The position numbers were made by a program, and so were the translations under genes. Positions 16,948-24,142 of a stretch of DNA of 46,411 nucleotides are shown piece after piece. Every line of letters begins with the position of its first letter. Position 1 is the stretch's first letter. The notes under the pieces were generated by a model. It was given only the letters and a program-made list of their open reading frames with translations, was not told the origin of the DNA and did not search any database. Source of the DNA: a virus. The stretch lies in the IMG/VR virus record IMGVR_UViG_3300045988_156631. The stretch is one strand, 5' to 3'.

Positions 16948-17196
16948 ATGTTTGAATATATTGTTTCAGAGAACTTTTCATCTCTTTCCATCAATACAGT
17001 TGGATTTTGTGATGATTTCTCTCAAGTGAAGAAAGAAATCTTGTCTCAGACTCCAGAATGCATGCATTATCGTTCAACATATCCTAATGGCTTCATTATT
17101 GAGTCTGAACAGTATTCTGACCGAATAATTCTCAGAAGTAACTGGATCCTTGAGCAGAACTCTGCTGACACTTGGTTCCCTCGAAAACCGCAGTAA
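16948..17196 (+). CDS. hypothetical protein (82 aa), counter-oriented in the early region
   Basis: Strong RBS aagaaaggagg and its own promoter. The 3' end overlaps the convergent XRE gene by 65 nt. Confidence 0.6.
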   Translation: MFEYIVSENFSSLSINTVGFCDDFSQVKKEILSQTPECMHYRSTYPNGFIIESEQYSDRIILRSNWILEQNSADTWFPRKPQ

Positions 17197-17470
17197 TGCG
17201 ACTTGCATTCTGTACGATTCTGCTCTGTTTCTGTCCTTTTTTTACAATAGAGACAGAGCAGTTCTCCTTAAATAATTCTTCTATACTCACATCAAGTGCC
17301 ATTGCAAAACGGGGGATATATTCTACTTTAAGTATTTTCCTTCCGTGCATGATATCGCTAAATGCCTTAACAGAAAGATTAGTTTTCTCTGCTACGGCGC
17401 ACTGCTTCATTCCTTTTTTCTTGATGAGGTATTTTATATTATTAAGGATTTCATTATATGTGATTGACAT
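17132..17470 (-). CDS. XRE-family HTH regulator (112 aa)
   Basis: MSITYNEILNNIKYLIKKKGMKQCAVAEKTNLSVKAFSDIMHGRKILKVEYIPRFAMALDVSIEELF. RBS is aaaggggtgaag. The longer track ORF (to 17629) reads through a DNA repeat. Confidence 0.75.
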   Translation of the reverse strand: MSITYNEILNNIKYLIKKKGMKQCAVAEKTNLSVKAFSDIMHGRKILKVEYIPRFAMALDVSIEELFKENCSVSIVKKGQKQSRIVQNASRITAVFEGTKCQQSSAQGSSYF

Positions 17471-17492
17471 TTCTTCACCCCTTTCTCTCCGT

Positions 17493-17578
17493 TTCCTGCT
17501 ATTGCTTTCTCTTTTTGCTTCTCCTATACTGTCCTTACAGGCTCCCGCCAGAGCCGAGTATGAAAGAAAGGAGATTAT
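17493..17578. repeat. 86-nt promoter/5'-UTR cassette, copy 1 (about 94% identical to 18683..18768)
   Basis: Contains TTGCTT (17502..17507), a 17-nt spacer, TATACT (17525..17530), the hairpin ggctcccgccagagcc and the RBS aaaggag. Confidence 0.85.
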
Positions 17579-17581
17579 GTA

Positions 17582-17851
17582 TTGAGTAGTTACTCTACAA
17601 TCATCAGTAAGTGTGTAATATGCCCACAATATAACGAGCCAGTCGTACTCTCAGCTAAATACCGTTTCACTGAAAACCCTCAAAACGAGTATGAAGTTAA
17701 GTTTGTTTATGCCACATGTCCTATTGTTGAAAACTCTCAGTTACCCAAAGATGGACAATGTGAAAAGTACAAATATCTTAGATGTATTCTCTCTAATTGT
17801 GATCTTTTAAAAGATTTTCCTACTCTTTGGGATACTCGGAAAAATTTGTAA
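17582..17851 (+). CDS. Cys-rich hypothetical protein (89 aa), TTG start
   Basis: Driven by repeat copy 1. Contains CVICPQ...CPIVEN...CEKYKYLRCILSNC. The 3' end overlaps the convergent gene by 32 nt. Confidence 0.5.
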   Translation: MSSYSTIISKCVICPQYNEPVVLSAKYRFTENPQNEYEVKFVYATCPIVENSQLPKDGQCEKYKYLRCILSNCDLLKDFPTLWDTRKNL

Positions 17852-18056
17852 TCTCACATTTCCTCTGTTCCAAGAGAAAATCAAACTCCACAGCGGCTTT
17901 TAAGCTCTGATCAATCTGATATACTGCGCCATCGATTGTCTCTGATGGTGCGGTATTCTTTAATTCTTTTTTGAGAATATCGAAATACAGTTTTGCATTT
18001 TGGATTTGCTTTTCCAATTCGCTGATATTTACGATTCGTTCTGAAATGTAAAGCAC
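17820..18056 (-). CDS. coiled-coil hypothetical protein (about 78 aa, GTG start)
   Basis: The start context gaggtgaggaaaGTG is homologous to the start of the 57-aa gene at 19107. The track ORF (to 18125) reads through a remnant of an XRE gene 3' end. Confidence 0.45.
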   Translation of the reverse strand: MLYISERIVNISELEKQIQNAKLYFDILKKELKNTAPSETIDGAVYQIDQSLKAAVEFDFLLEQRKCEITNFSEYPKE

Positions 18057-18154
18057 TTTCCTCACCTCTTCTCTTCCGGAAATGTTCGACCGACACATTG
18101 AAATATTCGGCTCCTTTCTTTGCATCGGGTTACTTTTGTTTTTTCAGGCTTTTT

Positions 18155-18364
18155 TCACCAAATTATACGGATTATAGGCAGCACGAAAGCTACGATTGAA
18201 GCTATCAGACTTCCTATTGAAAGGTACAGTGGGAGGTCTGGATGCCTCAGCTCAAAACTCAGCCGATACCCCGGATTGTCTTTCTCAAAATTTTTGATTT
18301 CTTTCCGGGTCAATATGTGATCTGTGGAGATGATGGTAATTTTCTTTTCTTTTTTCTTTTTCAT
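18155..18364 (-). CDS. small protein with C-terminal TM helix (69 aa)
   Basis: MKKKKEKKITII...LYLSIGSLIASIVAFVLPIIRIIW. Confidence 0.5.
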   Translation of the reverse strand: MKKKKEKKITIISTDHILTRKEIKNFEKDNPGYRLSFELRHPDLPLYLSIGSLIASIVAFVLPIIRIIW

Positions 18365-18379
18365 TTTTGTCCATCCTTC

Positions 18380-18463
18380 TTATAAATTTAAGCACCGCAC
18401 TGCTAAAGCAATAATTGAAACAACCAGCGCCACATAGGATAAATAAGGTTGCTTGTCTTCCAT
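18380..18463 (-). CDS. 27-aa hydrophobic peptide
   Basis: Own translation: MEDKQPYLSYVALVVSIIALAVRCLNL. RBS is aggagcagaaaa. Lies directly upstream of the 69-aa TM protein. Confidence 0.4.
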   Translation of the reverse strand: MEDKQPYLSYVALVVSIIALAVRCLNL

Positions 18464-18474
18464 TTTTCTGCTCC

Positions 18475-18660
18475 TTAATATATTCTTTGAAGAAAACTAA
18501 ATTCTCCTAAAACACTTTTCAGCTCATCCAAAACTATTTTCGCTTCGTCATATGACAGTCCGGCTTCGGAGAATTTGTTTATGATACTTACAACAAGTTC
18601 TCCGATTTTTTCACCTTCTAAAATTTTTCCATTATTCAGCTGTACGCTCTGAAATGTCAT
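18475..18660 (-). CDS. hypothetical protein (61 aa)
   Basis: MTFQSVQLNNGKILEGEKIGELVVSIINKFSEAGLSYDEAKIVLDELKSVLGEF. RBS is agaggtgagaaa. Confidence 0.55.
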   Translation of the reverse strand: MTFQSVQLNNGKILEGEKIGELVVSIINKFSEAGLSYDEAKIVLDELKSVLGEFSFLQRIY

Positions 18661-18682
18661 TTTCTCACCTCTTTCTTCTCAC

Positions 18683-18768
18683 TTCCTGCTATTGCTTTCT
18701 CTTTTTGTTTCTCCTATACTGTTCTTACAGGCTCCCGCCAGAGCCGAGTACAGAAGAAAGGAGATTAT
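18683..18768. repeat. 86-nt promoter/5'-UTR cassette, copy 2
   Basis: Same TTGCTT-17-TATACT (18692..18720), hairpin and RBS as copy 1, with 5 mismatches over 86 nt. Confidence 0.85.
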
Positions 18769-18771
18769 TGC

Positions 18772-18945
18772 ATGAAATCTTTTGACGAATTTACCTCTCA
18801 GCTTTCCAGTGATGATTATGAAGCAATTCGAAAGAAAATCATGGAAAACCGTCAGCCATGCTCTATAACTGATGCCATACCGGAAATCAGTTATAAAATG
18901 ACTTTGGAACTTCTCAGAAAATACCATGAGTGGTTAGAGCAATAA
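18772..18945 (+). CDS. hypothetical protein (57 aa), counter-oriented
   Basis: Own translation: MKSFDEFTSQLSSDDYEAIRKKIMENRQPCSITDAIPEISYKMTLELLRKYHEWLEQ. RBS is aaaggag. Driven by repeat copy 2. Confidence 0.55.
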   Translation: MKSFDEFTSQLSSDDYEAIRKKIMENRQPCSITDAIPEISYKMTLELLRKYHEWLEQ

Positions 18946-19107
18946 TGGGGAAGTCCCTTTTTCTTTTGTCTCGCAGTTGATTTCGTCGATTACATCAGCT
19001 GTTGAGACAGAGTGTTTTTTCTCATAGAGCTTCAAGTCTTTTCTAATGGCTTGGAGCTCTTTTTGTATAGCCTGCAACTCTCTGACAATCAGGTAAAGTG
19101 CTCTCAT
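18934..19107 (-). CDS. coiled-coil hypothetical protein (57 aa)
   Basis: Own translation: MRALYLIVRELQAIQKELQAIRKDLKLYEKKHSVSTADVIDEINCETKEKGTSPLLL. RBS is gaggtgaggaa. Overlaps the plus-strand 57-aa gene by 12 nt. Confidence 0.55.
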   Translation of the reverse strand: MRALYLIVRELQAIQKELQAIRKDLKLYEKKHSVSTADVIDEINCETKEKGTSPLLL

Positions 19108-19111
19108 TTCC

Positions 19112-19303
19112 TCACCTCTTCTCTTCCAAGAAATACTCGATCGGCACGTTGAAGTAGTCGGCTACTGCCTTCAGCTTATCGGCAGCGGGGATTGCATTTT
19201 TCCATTTAACAATTGAACTTGCAGAAAATCCCAAATCCTTCTCAACACGATAAATAGAAACCTTCTTTTTTTTACAAAGTTCCTTCACCTTTTCGTAAAT
19301 CAA
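19112..19303 (-). CDS. Cro-like XRE HTH repressor (63 aa, TTG start)
   Basis: MIYEKVKELCKKKKVSIYRVEKDLGFSASSIVKWKNAIPAADKLKAVADYFNVPIEYFL. Divergent from the cI-like gene. Confidence 0.8.
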   Translation of the reverse strand: MIYEKVKELCKKKKVSIYRVEKDLGFSASSIVKWKNAIPAADKLKAVADYFNVPIEYFLEEKR

Positions 19304-19550
19304 GTTATCACCTCCATTGCATGATTTTTTTCATAATCATATTGACTTTTTCATGAAAATAATCTATTATATAGGCATAGTGATAGCTGAAAATATTCAT
19401 GTGGCCCGTAGATAAGAATTCTGCAAAATTTTTATCTATAGATTTTTTTCATGTGAATTTTGTTTACACACATATATTACATGATTATTTTCTAGTTGTC
19501 AATAGATTTTACATGATTTTTTTCATGTTATTGAAAGGAGTTTTATACTA
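19304..19550. promoter_or_regulatory. Lysis-lysogeny switch region with repeated CATGA-N6-TCATG operators and two face-to-face promoters
   Basis: Operators: catgatttttttcata at 19320..19335, ttttcatgaaaa at 19347..19358, gatttttttcatg at 19441..19453 and catgatttttttcatg at 19512..19527. Plus-strand promoter: TTGACT-17-TATTAT at 19342..19370. Minus-strand promoter: TTGACA-17-TAATAT at 19502..19474. Confidence 0.6.
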
Positions 19551-19952
19551 TTGACGCTAGTAGATAAAATCAGAGCCTTGGCTCGGCAAAGAGATTTGAG
19601 TTTACCACAGTTAGAGCAAGAATTGGGATTGGGAAATGGTACGATAAGCCGTTGGCGTAATTCATCCCCTAATACTGAAAAATTGCAAAAAATTGCTGAC
19701 TATTTTAATGTTTCTATGGATTACCTCTTAGGCCGAGAACAGTTTTTGACACCTAAAGATGAAAAAGATATTTCCAAGATTCTCGATCAGACCAAACAGC
19801 AACTTCTCTCCCAGGAAGGGTTAATGTTTGACGGGGATCCTGCCAGTCCAGAAGCTATTGAATCTATACTATCTGCCATGCAGATTGGTATGGAACTTGC
19901 CAAGAAAAAGAATAAGGAGAAATACACTCCCAAGAAGTATAAAAAGGACTGA
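19551..19952 (+). CDS. CI-like XRE HTH repressor (133 aa, TTG start)
   Basis: MTLVDKIRALARQRDLSLPQLEQELGLGNGTISRWRNSSPNTEKLQKIADYFNVSMDYLLG. Followed by the ImmA-type protease gene. Confidence 0.85.
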   Translation: MTLVDKIRALARQRDLSLPQLEQELGLGNGTISRWRNSSPNTEKLQKIADYFNVSMDYLLGREQFLTPKDEKDISKILDQTKQQLLSQEGLMFDGDPASPEAIESILSAMQIGMELAKKKNKEKYTPKKYKKD

Positions 19953-20389
19953 TGCCTATGGATATCAGGGCGAAAGTAAATAAGCTGGTACGTTTTTATA
20001 AGACCAGAGATCCATTTGAAATGATAAAAGGAATGAACGTTATTCTTGTCAATTACCCGTTGGAAGGTGTTCGTGGCTTTTACCAGTATTTCCAGAGGAA
20101 CAACCTAATTTATTTAGATGATAGGCTCTCTGAAAATGAACGCCGTTTTGTGCTTGCTCACGAGCTGGGGCATATGTTTCTACATAAAAATGCCAATGCT
20201 ATTTTTATGGACACAAGAACCCAATTCAACACCGCGGGGTATGAATCCGAAGCAAACAAATTTGCTATGGAACTGCTACTGCCGGATGAAATTCTGAATG
20301 ACTATATTGAATCCGGATATACCATCGAGCAGGTGGCGAGAATCACGGGGTATTACAAGAAACTGATTGAACTACGATTGAAAGTATGA
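19952..20389 (+). CDS. immA: ImmA/IrrE-family zinc metalloprotease (anti-repressor protease)
   Basis: HEXXH motif in FVLAHELGHMFLH, plus ESEANKFAMELLLP. Forms a classic pair with the upstream XRE repressor. Confidence 0.85.
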   Translation: MPMDIRAKVNKLVRFYKTRDPFEMIKGMNVILVNYPLEGVRGFYQYFQRNNLIYLDDRLSENERRFVLAHELGHMFLHKNANAIFMDTRTQFNTAGYESEANKFAMELLLPDEILNDYIESGYTIEQVARITGYYKKLIELRLKV

Positions 20390-20428
20390 TCGATATGTAT
20401 TTTACGTTTAAGAAAGAAGGAAACAAAA

Positions 20429-20878
20429 ATGGCTTTAATCAAATGCCCTGAGTGCGGAAAAATGTACTCCGACACTGCGGCATCTTGTCCGAACTGCGGA
20501 TATAGAAAAAGAATGGATTTTTCACAGATGGCAATGTTGATAACTGGGGCAATGTCTATTGTCTTAGCTGTATTGTGTCTCAATCAATCTATCACCGTTT
20601 TCAGGCTGTCCAATATTGCAGGTACGAAAGATTACGGTGGAATGGCTGGGATTTTAATGGCGGTATTCTTTATTTTTTCCGGCATTTTGGCTATTTGCTT
20701 ACGGAAAATAGACTCTGAATGGCCGCCAGCAGTGTGTATGGGTATATGCCTATTTGCTTCGTACATCGGAGCTGTTTTAGAAACCAACTACAAAGATGTG
20801 TATTTTTGGGCAACACTCGTTTTTCTTTGTTCATTTATATACTTAGGAATTGCAATACATATTAAACGCCGACAATAA
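20429..20878 (+). CDS. Zinc-ribbon + 4-TM membrane protein, paralog 1
   Basis: MALIKCPECGKMYSDTAASCPNCGY followed by four hydrophobic helices. Confidence 0.75.
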   Translation: MALIKCPECGKMYSDTAASCPNCGYRKRMDFSQMAMLITGAMSIVLAVLCLNQSITVFRLSNIAGTKDYGGMAGILMAVFFIFSGILAICLRKIDSEWPPAVCMGICLFASYIGAVLETNYKDVYFWATLVFLCSFIYLGIAIHIKRRQ

Positions 20879-20883
20879 CAGAA

Positions 20884-20975
20884 AACGCCCCCTGTCACAA
20901 ACAGAGAGCGTTCCTGTGAATCATATATGCACCACCGGAGGCAATGCAATAATCACCCCTCGCAAAGAAGAACTC
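20884..20975 (-). ncRNA. Conserved intergenic module, copy A (divergent): terminator hairpin plus GAGG..CCTC core
   Basis: The hairpin aacgccccctgt-cacaa-acagagagcgtt at 20884..20912 pairs perfectly with G:U only on the minus strand. The core at 20918..20975 aligns with copies B and C, but the TATAAT box is not conserved. Confidence 0.25.
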
Positions 20976-21067
20976 TGTCGAGAAATATAAGAAGTAGGTG
21001 ATCTTATTGAATTACGATTGAAAGTATGATCGTTATGATTTTACGTTTAAAAAAGAAGGAAACAGAA

Positions 21068-21526
21068 ATGGCTTTAATCAAATGCCCTGAATGCGGAAAA
21101 GAATATTCCGATAAAGCAAAAGCGTGTCCAAATTGCGGATACCAACCCAAAAAGAGCTCCGCTCCAATTGCCATGACTATAACAGGAGTTATGTCTATAG
21201 TTATAGCTATCTTATGCCTCAATCAATCCACCTTAGTTTCAAGATTATCTGCCATTGCTCAATCATCTGATTTAGGCGGGATAGCCGGAATTATTATGGC
21301 CGTTCTTCTTATTTTTACCGGAGTCTTGGCAATTTGTATCCGTGAAATCGATAGTGAATGGGGTCCACTTATATGTATGGCGATCTGTTTAGGTGCGGCC
21401 TATATAGGAGCTGCATTAAATACTGCCTATAAGGATATTCTTGCATGGTCTCTATTTATTATGATTTTTTCATTTATATATCTTGGAATTGGAATTTTTA
21501 TCAAAACAAATAAAGTTAAACATTGA
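21068..21526 (+). CDS. Zinc-ribbon + 4-TM membrane protein, paralog 2
   Basis: MALIKCPECGKEYSDKAKACPNCGY... The start at 21068 has the same RBS context as paralog 1. The track ORF starts at 21026 inside a duplicated immA 3' end. Confidence 0.75.
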   Translation: MALIKCPECGKEYSDKAKACPNCGYQPKKSSAPIAMTITGVMSIVIAILCLNQSTLVSRLSAIAQSSDLGGIAGIIMAVLLIFTGVLAICIREIDSEWGPLICMAICLGAAYIGAALNTAYKDILAWSLFIMIFSFIYLGIGIFIKTNKVKH

Positions 21527-21541
21527 TGGAAAGGATGAAAT

Positions 21542-23341
21542 ATGATTAAAAACATATTTAAATTTTTCTCAATACTGATAAAAATTGCAATTTTATTTAT
21601 AGTATTTTTAATGCTGCTTGGTGGGTGGACCACTAACGACTTTTCCGCCTTTATTCCTTTTATAATTATACTGGTGATCATATATTTTATATATTGTATC
21701 ATCGAAAAAGCGGTAAATAGGATAATACTTCGGATAAGAGGATTTAAAGAATCCTCCCCACATAATGATCTGGATGAACTCGACCAAATAGACTCGGCTG
21801 ATGATGTGGTCGATGAACCAGAAAAAAATTTGTCATTAAAGACTGGAGAGGAAAACACCATTGCCGAAGAAGAACCTGAAGTTCCGCAGCAAATACCCCA
21901 AAAGGCTGTTTTGACTTCACCCGTCGCTGAAAAAGAATTGCCCGAGCCCCAAATAAATATTGACGAGACTTCATTGGATCCAACAACATACCCTATAAGC
22001 CCTATAGTTCAAGAAACATCAACCATACCCAAAATTGATATAAAGCCTAAAATACCTAAGCATATTTCTATTGTGGATGCAGATTCTCTTCTTGTTAAAG
22101 CAGGATGTTTGATTGTCAAAGATAACAAAGCGTCTATTGGTTCAATACAACGCAAATTCAAAATAGGGTTCAACCGGGCCGCACATATCATGGATCAGCT
22201 TGCAGAAATTGGATTGGTTGGTCCGGAAAATGACACGAGGCCTCGTACTATTTTAATGACAGAAGAGGAGTTTTTTGAACAGTTAGACCATATAGACTAT
22301 ATCGAAAGTGAAAATATTCCTCCTGCACAATCAATCATTGATGAAATTATTAAGAATGAATCTCCTGATCCTCTAATGTCCAAAATAGAGGTAGAGTACA
22401 TAATAAATGACAAAACCGATTACTCAAAAAATGGTGAGTCACTATTTAATTTACAAAATTCAATAATTCCTTGTGTCACTGATAGTGATAAAACTGCCGT
22501 TATAAATACCTTAATCAAGTTCAATTCATGTGATAAACTCAAACTTATAATGATTGATCGAACAGGAGTTGATTTTTTACAATATCATCTCCTTCCACAT
22601 CTGTTTATCCCTATTGTAACTGATGACACAAAAATCCAAAATGTGGTAGATTGGGCTTATGCTGAAATGCAAGGACGCATAGAAAAATTTTTGCCTTTAT
22701 ATGCAAGAGATATTTTCTCTTACAATACCAAAGTTGCAACAAATTCTCGTTTACCTATTGTGACAATTATTGTAAGCGAAATATTTGGACTGAACACAGA
22801 ATCCTTTTCGCATTTCACAGAATTACTTCTAAATTCAATGAGAATGGGGATTTGTTTTATTGTTTTTTCAAAAATGGAATATAAATCTTTGTCTCTCGGC
22901 GTGAATCAAAAACTTTTTGAAACGAAAAGTGTCTCTCAATTTTTGGATATTTTAATGGACGTTCATTCGCCAGATAAGAAATATTCTAATTTTGATGATA
23001 TGGACGGCGTCGAATTTGAACGGTATTGCGCTGATTTATTACGCAAAAATAATTTTCATAATGTGGAAATCACTAAAGACAGCGGAGATCAAGGGATTGA
23101 TATACTCGCTCAAAAAGATGGCATACAATACGGAATCCAGTGTAAATGTTACTCATCTGATATTGGAAACAAAGCTGTTCAAGAAGCGTTTGCTGGAAAA
23201 ACTTATTATGGATGCCATGTAGCCGTTGTTTTGACTAATCGCCATTTTACAAAAAGTGCTAAAGAATTGGCCACTACAAATAAAGTGATTTTGTGGGACA
23301 GAGAAAAACTAGAAAATCTAATTGCTTCTGCCAAAACATGA
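21542..23341 (+). CDS. Membrane-anchored fusion protein: 2 TM helices, acidic/Pro linker, FtsK-gamma winged helix, degenerate FtsK/SpoIIIE-like ATPase core, and a C-terminal Mrr_cat (PD-(D/E)xK) nuclease domain
   Basis: Gamma-like segment: KASIGSIQRKFKIGFNRAAHIMDQLAEIGLVGPENDTRPRTIL. FtsK-core-like segment: VTDSDKTAVINTLIKFNSCDKLKLIMIDRTGVDFLQYHLLPHLFIPIVTD...RLPIVTIIVSEIFGL, where the P-loop is degenerate (DSDKT) and Walker B is SE instead of DE. C-terminus: FERYCADLLRKNNFHNVEITKDSGDQGIDILAQKDGIQYGIQCKCY. Confidence 0.7.
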   Translation: MIKNIFKFFSILIKIAILFIVFLMLLGGWTTNDFSAFIPFIIILVIIYFIYCIIEKAVNRIILRIRGFKESSPHNDLDELDQIDSADDVVDEPEKNLSLKTGEENTIAEEEPEVPQQIPQKAVLTSPVAEKELPEPQINIDETSLDPTTYPISPIVQETSTIPKIDIKPKIPKHISIVDADSLLVKAGCLIVKDNKASIGSIQRKFKIGFNRAAHIMDQLAEIGLVGPENDTRPRTILMTEEEFFEQLDHIDYIESENIPPAQSIIDEIIKNESPDPLMSKIEVEYIINDKTDYSKNGESLFNLQNSIIPCVTDSDKTAVINTLIKFNSCDKLKLIMIDRTGVDFLQYHLLPHLFIPIVTDDTKIQNVVDWAYAEMQGRIEKFLPLYARDIFSYNTKVATNSRLPIVTIIVSEIFGLNTESFSHFTELLLNSMRMGICFIVFSKMEYKSLSLGVNQKLFETKSVSQFLDILMDVHSPDKKYSNFDDMDGVEFERYCADLLRKNNFHNVEITKDSGDQGIDILAQKDGIQYGIQCKCYSSDIGNKAVQEAFAGKTYYGCHVAVVLTNRHFTKSAKELATTNKVILWDREKLENLIASAKT

Positions 23342-23343
23342 CA

Positions 23344-23438
23344 TTAAAAAGGCCCCTGCTGCAAACAGAGACCTCTTTGAAAACTATACAGCCTTGGAGG
23401 ATCAGGCATAATTTTCCCTCGACAAGAAGATTATAGCA
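23344..23438 (-). ncRNA. Conserved intergenic module, copy B: candidate ~80-nt minus-strand sRNA (extended -10 promoter to terminator)
   Basis: On the minus strand, TGcTATAAT is at 23438..23430, followed by cttcttgtcgagggaaaattatgcctgatcctccaaggctgtatagttttc and a hairpin plus T-run ending near 23344. Confidence 0.4.
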
Positions 23439-23484
23439 TGATTCTGGAGAAAATGAAATATCAGGAACACAGGAAGGAGAACAT

Positions 23485-24048
23485 ATGAGTTTTGTTATTG
23501 GATTTGCCACACCTGATTTTGCCATTATTGCCAGTGACGGACGCAGCACTTATCAAGATGGTAGTGTTGCATCAGAGTATTACAATAAAACAAAACAAAT
23601 AAATAAGAATGTGATTGTTGGATTCGCTGGCGAAACAGCTTTGTGTGAAAGCGTACTTTCTTCTTTTGAAGAATCATTTCTTTGGACGGTAGAGACAGCA
23701 TCTTCTCAAGTAAAACAGCGACTTAATTTACTCAATTTGCAAGCTCCAAGGAAATGTTCTTTTATAATTGCCGGAATAAATTCCAATGGAGAAATCGAAT
23801 TAGATGCCACAGGAATTTCAAGTGGTCTGCAAATTACCAGGCAAAAACCCACGGCTCAAGATTTTGTCTATGCCACTTTATCACCAGACAACATCAATGG
23901 AGACCAAATTTTTGTAAAGAATTTCACTTCAAAATCTTGGGAATCAATAGAAGAACCTTTTACATCTTCTATTTTCGAGGTTGCAAAACTTGATTCTTCT
24001 GTGAATACGAATTGCTTTTTTCAAAAGATTTCTCTGCAAAAATACTGA
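23485..24048 (+). CDS. Proteasome-beta/HslV-like Ntn-hydrolase fold protein (187 aa), orphan
   Basis: MSFVIGFATPDFAIIASDGRSTYQDGSV...KNVIVGFAGETALCESVLSSFE...CSFIIAGINSNGEIEL resembles the N-terminal nucleophile beta-sandwich pattern of proteasome beta subunits, with Ser2 in place of Thr1. Confidence 0.5.
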   Translation: MSFVIGFATPDFAIIASDGRSTYQDGSVASEYYNKTKQINKNVIVGFAGETALCESVLSSFEESFLWTVETASSQVKQRLNLLNLQAPRKCSFIIAGINSNGEIELDATGISSGLQITRQKPTAQDFVYATLSPDNINGDQIFVKNFTSKSWESIEEPFTSSIFEVAKLDSSVNTNCFFQKISLQKY

Positions 24049-24130
24049 CTTTGCTGGCTGAAACTGTTCCATAAGAAATTTTCCCGTCACCCAAAAAGGT
24101 TTTGGACTGTTTATATGATGTTTTTTTCAT
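23969..24130 (-). CDS. 53-aa ORF or antisense transcript, convergent with and overlapping the 3' end of the Ntn-hydrolase gene
   Basis: Own translation: MKKTSYKQSKTFLGDGKISYGTVSASKVSIFAEKSFEKSNSYSQKNQVLQPRK. Strong RBS acaggaggaact. Minus-strand promoter TTGAAA-17-TATTAT at 24187..24159. Confidence 0.35.
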   Translation of the reverse strand: MKKTSYKQSKTFLGDGKISYGTVSASKVSIFAEKSFEKSNSYSQKNQVLQPRK

Positions 24131-24142
24131 AGTTCCTCCTGT

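Noticed and set aside
17471-17629. N-terminal extension of the XRE ORF, and the 82-aa ORF at 18679..18927 that shares the peptide SYSALAGACK(D/N)SIGE
   Set aside because: The shared peptide simply reflects translation through the duplicated 86-nt promoter cassette. The real starts with RBS lie downstream (17470), or the coding gene is on the other strand (18772..18945).
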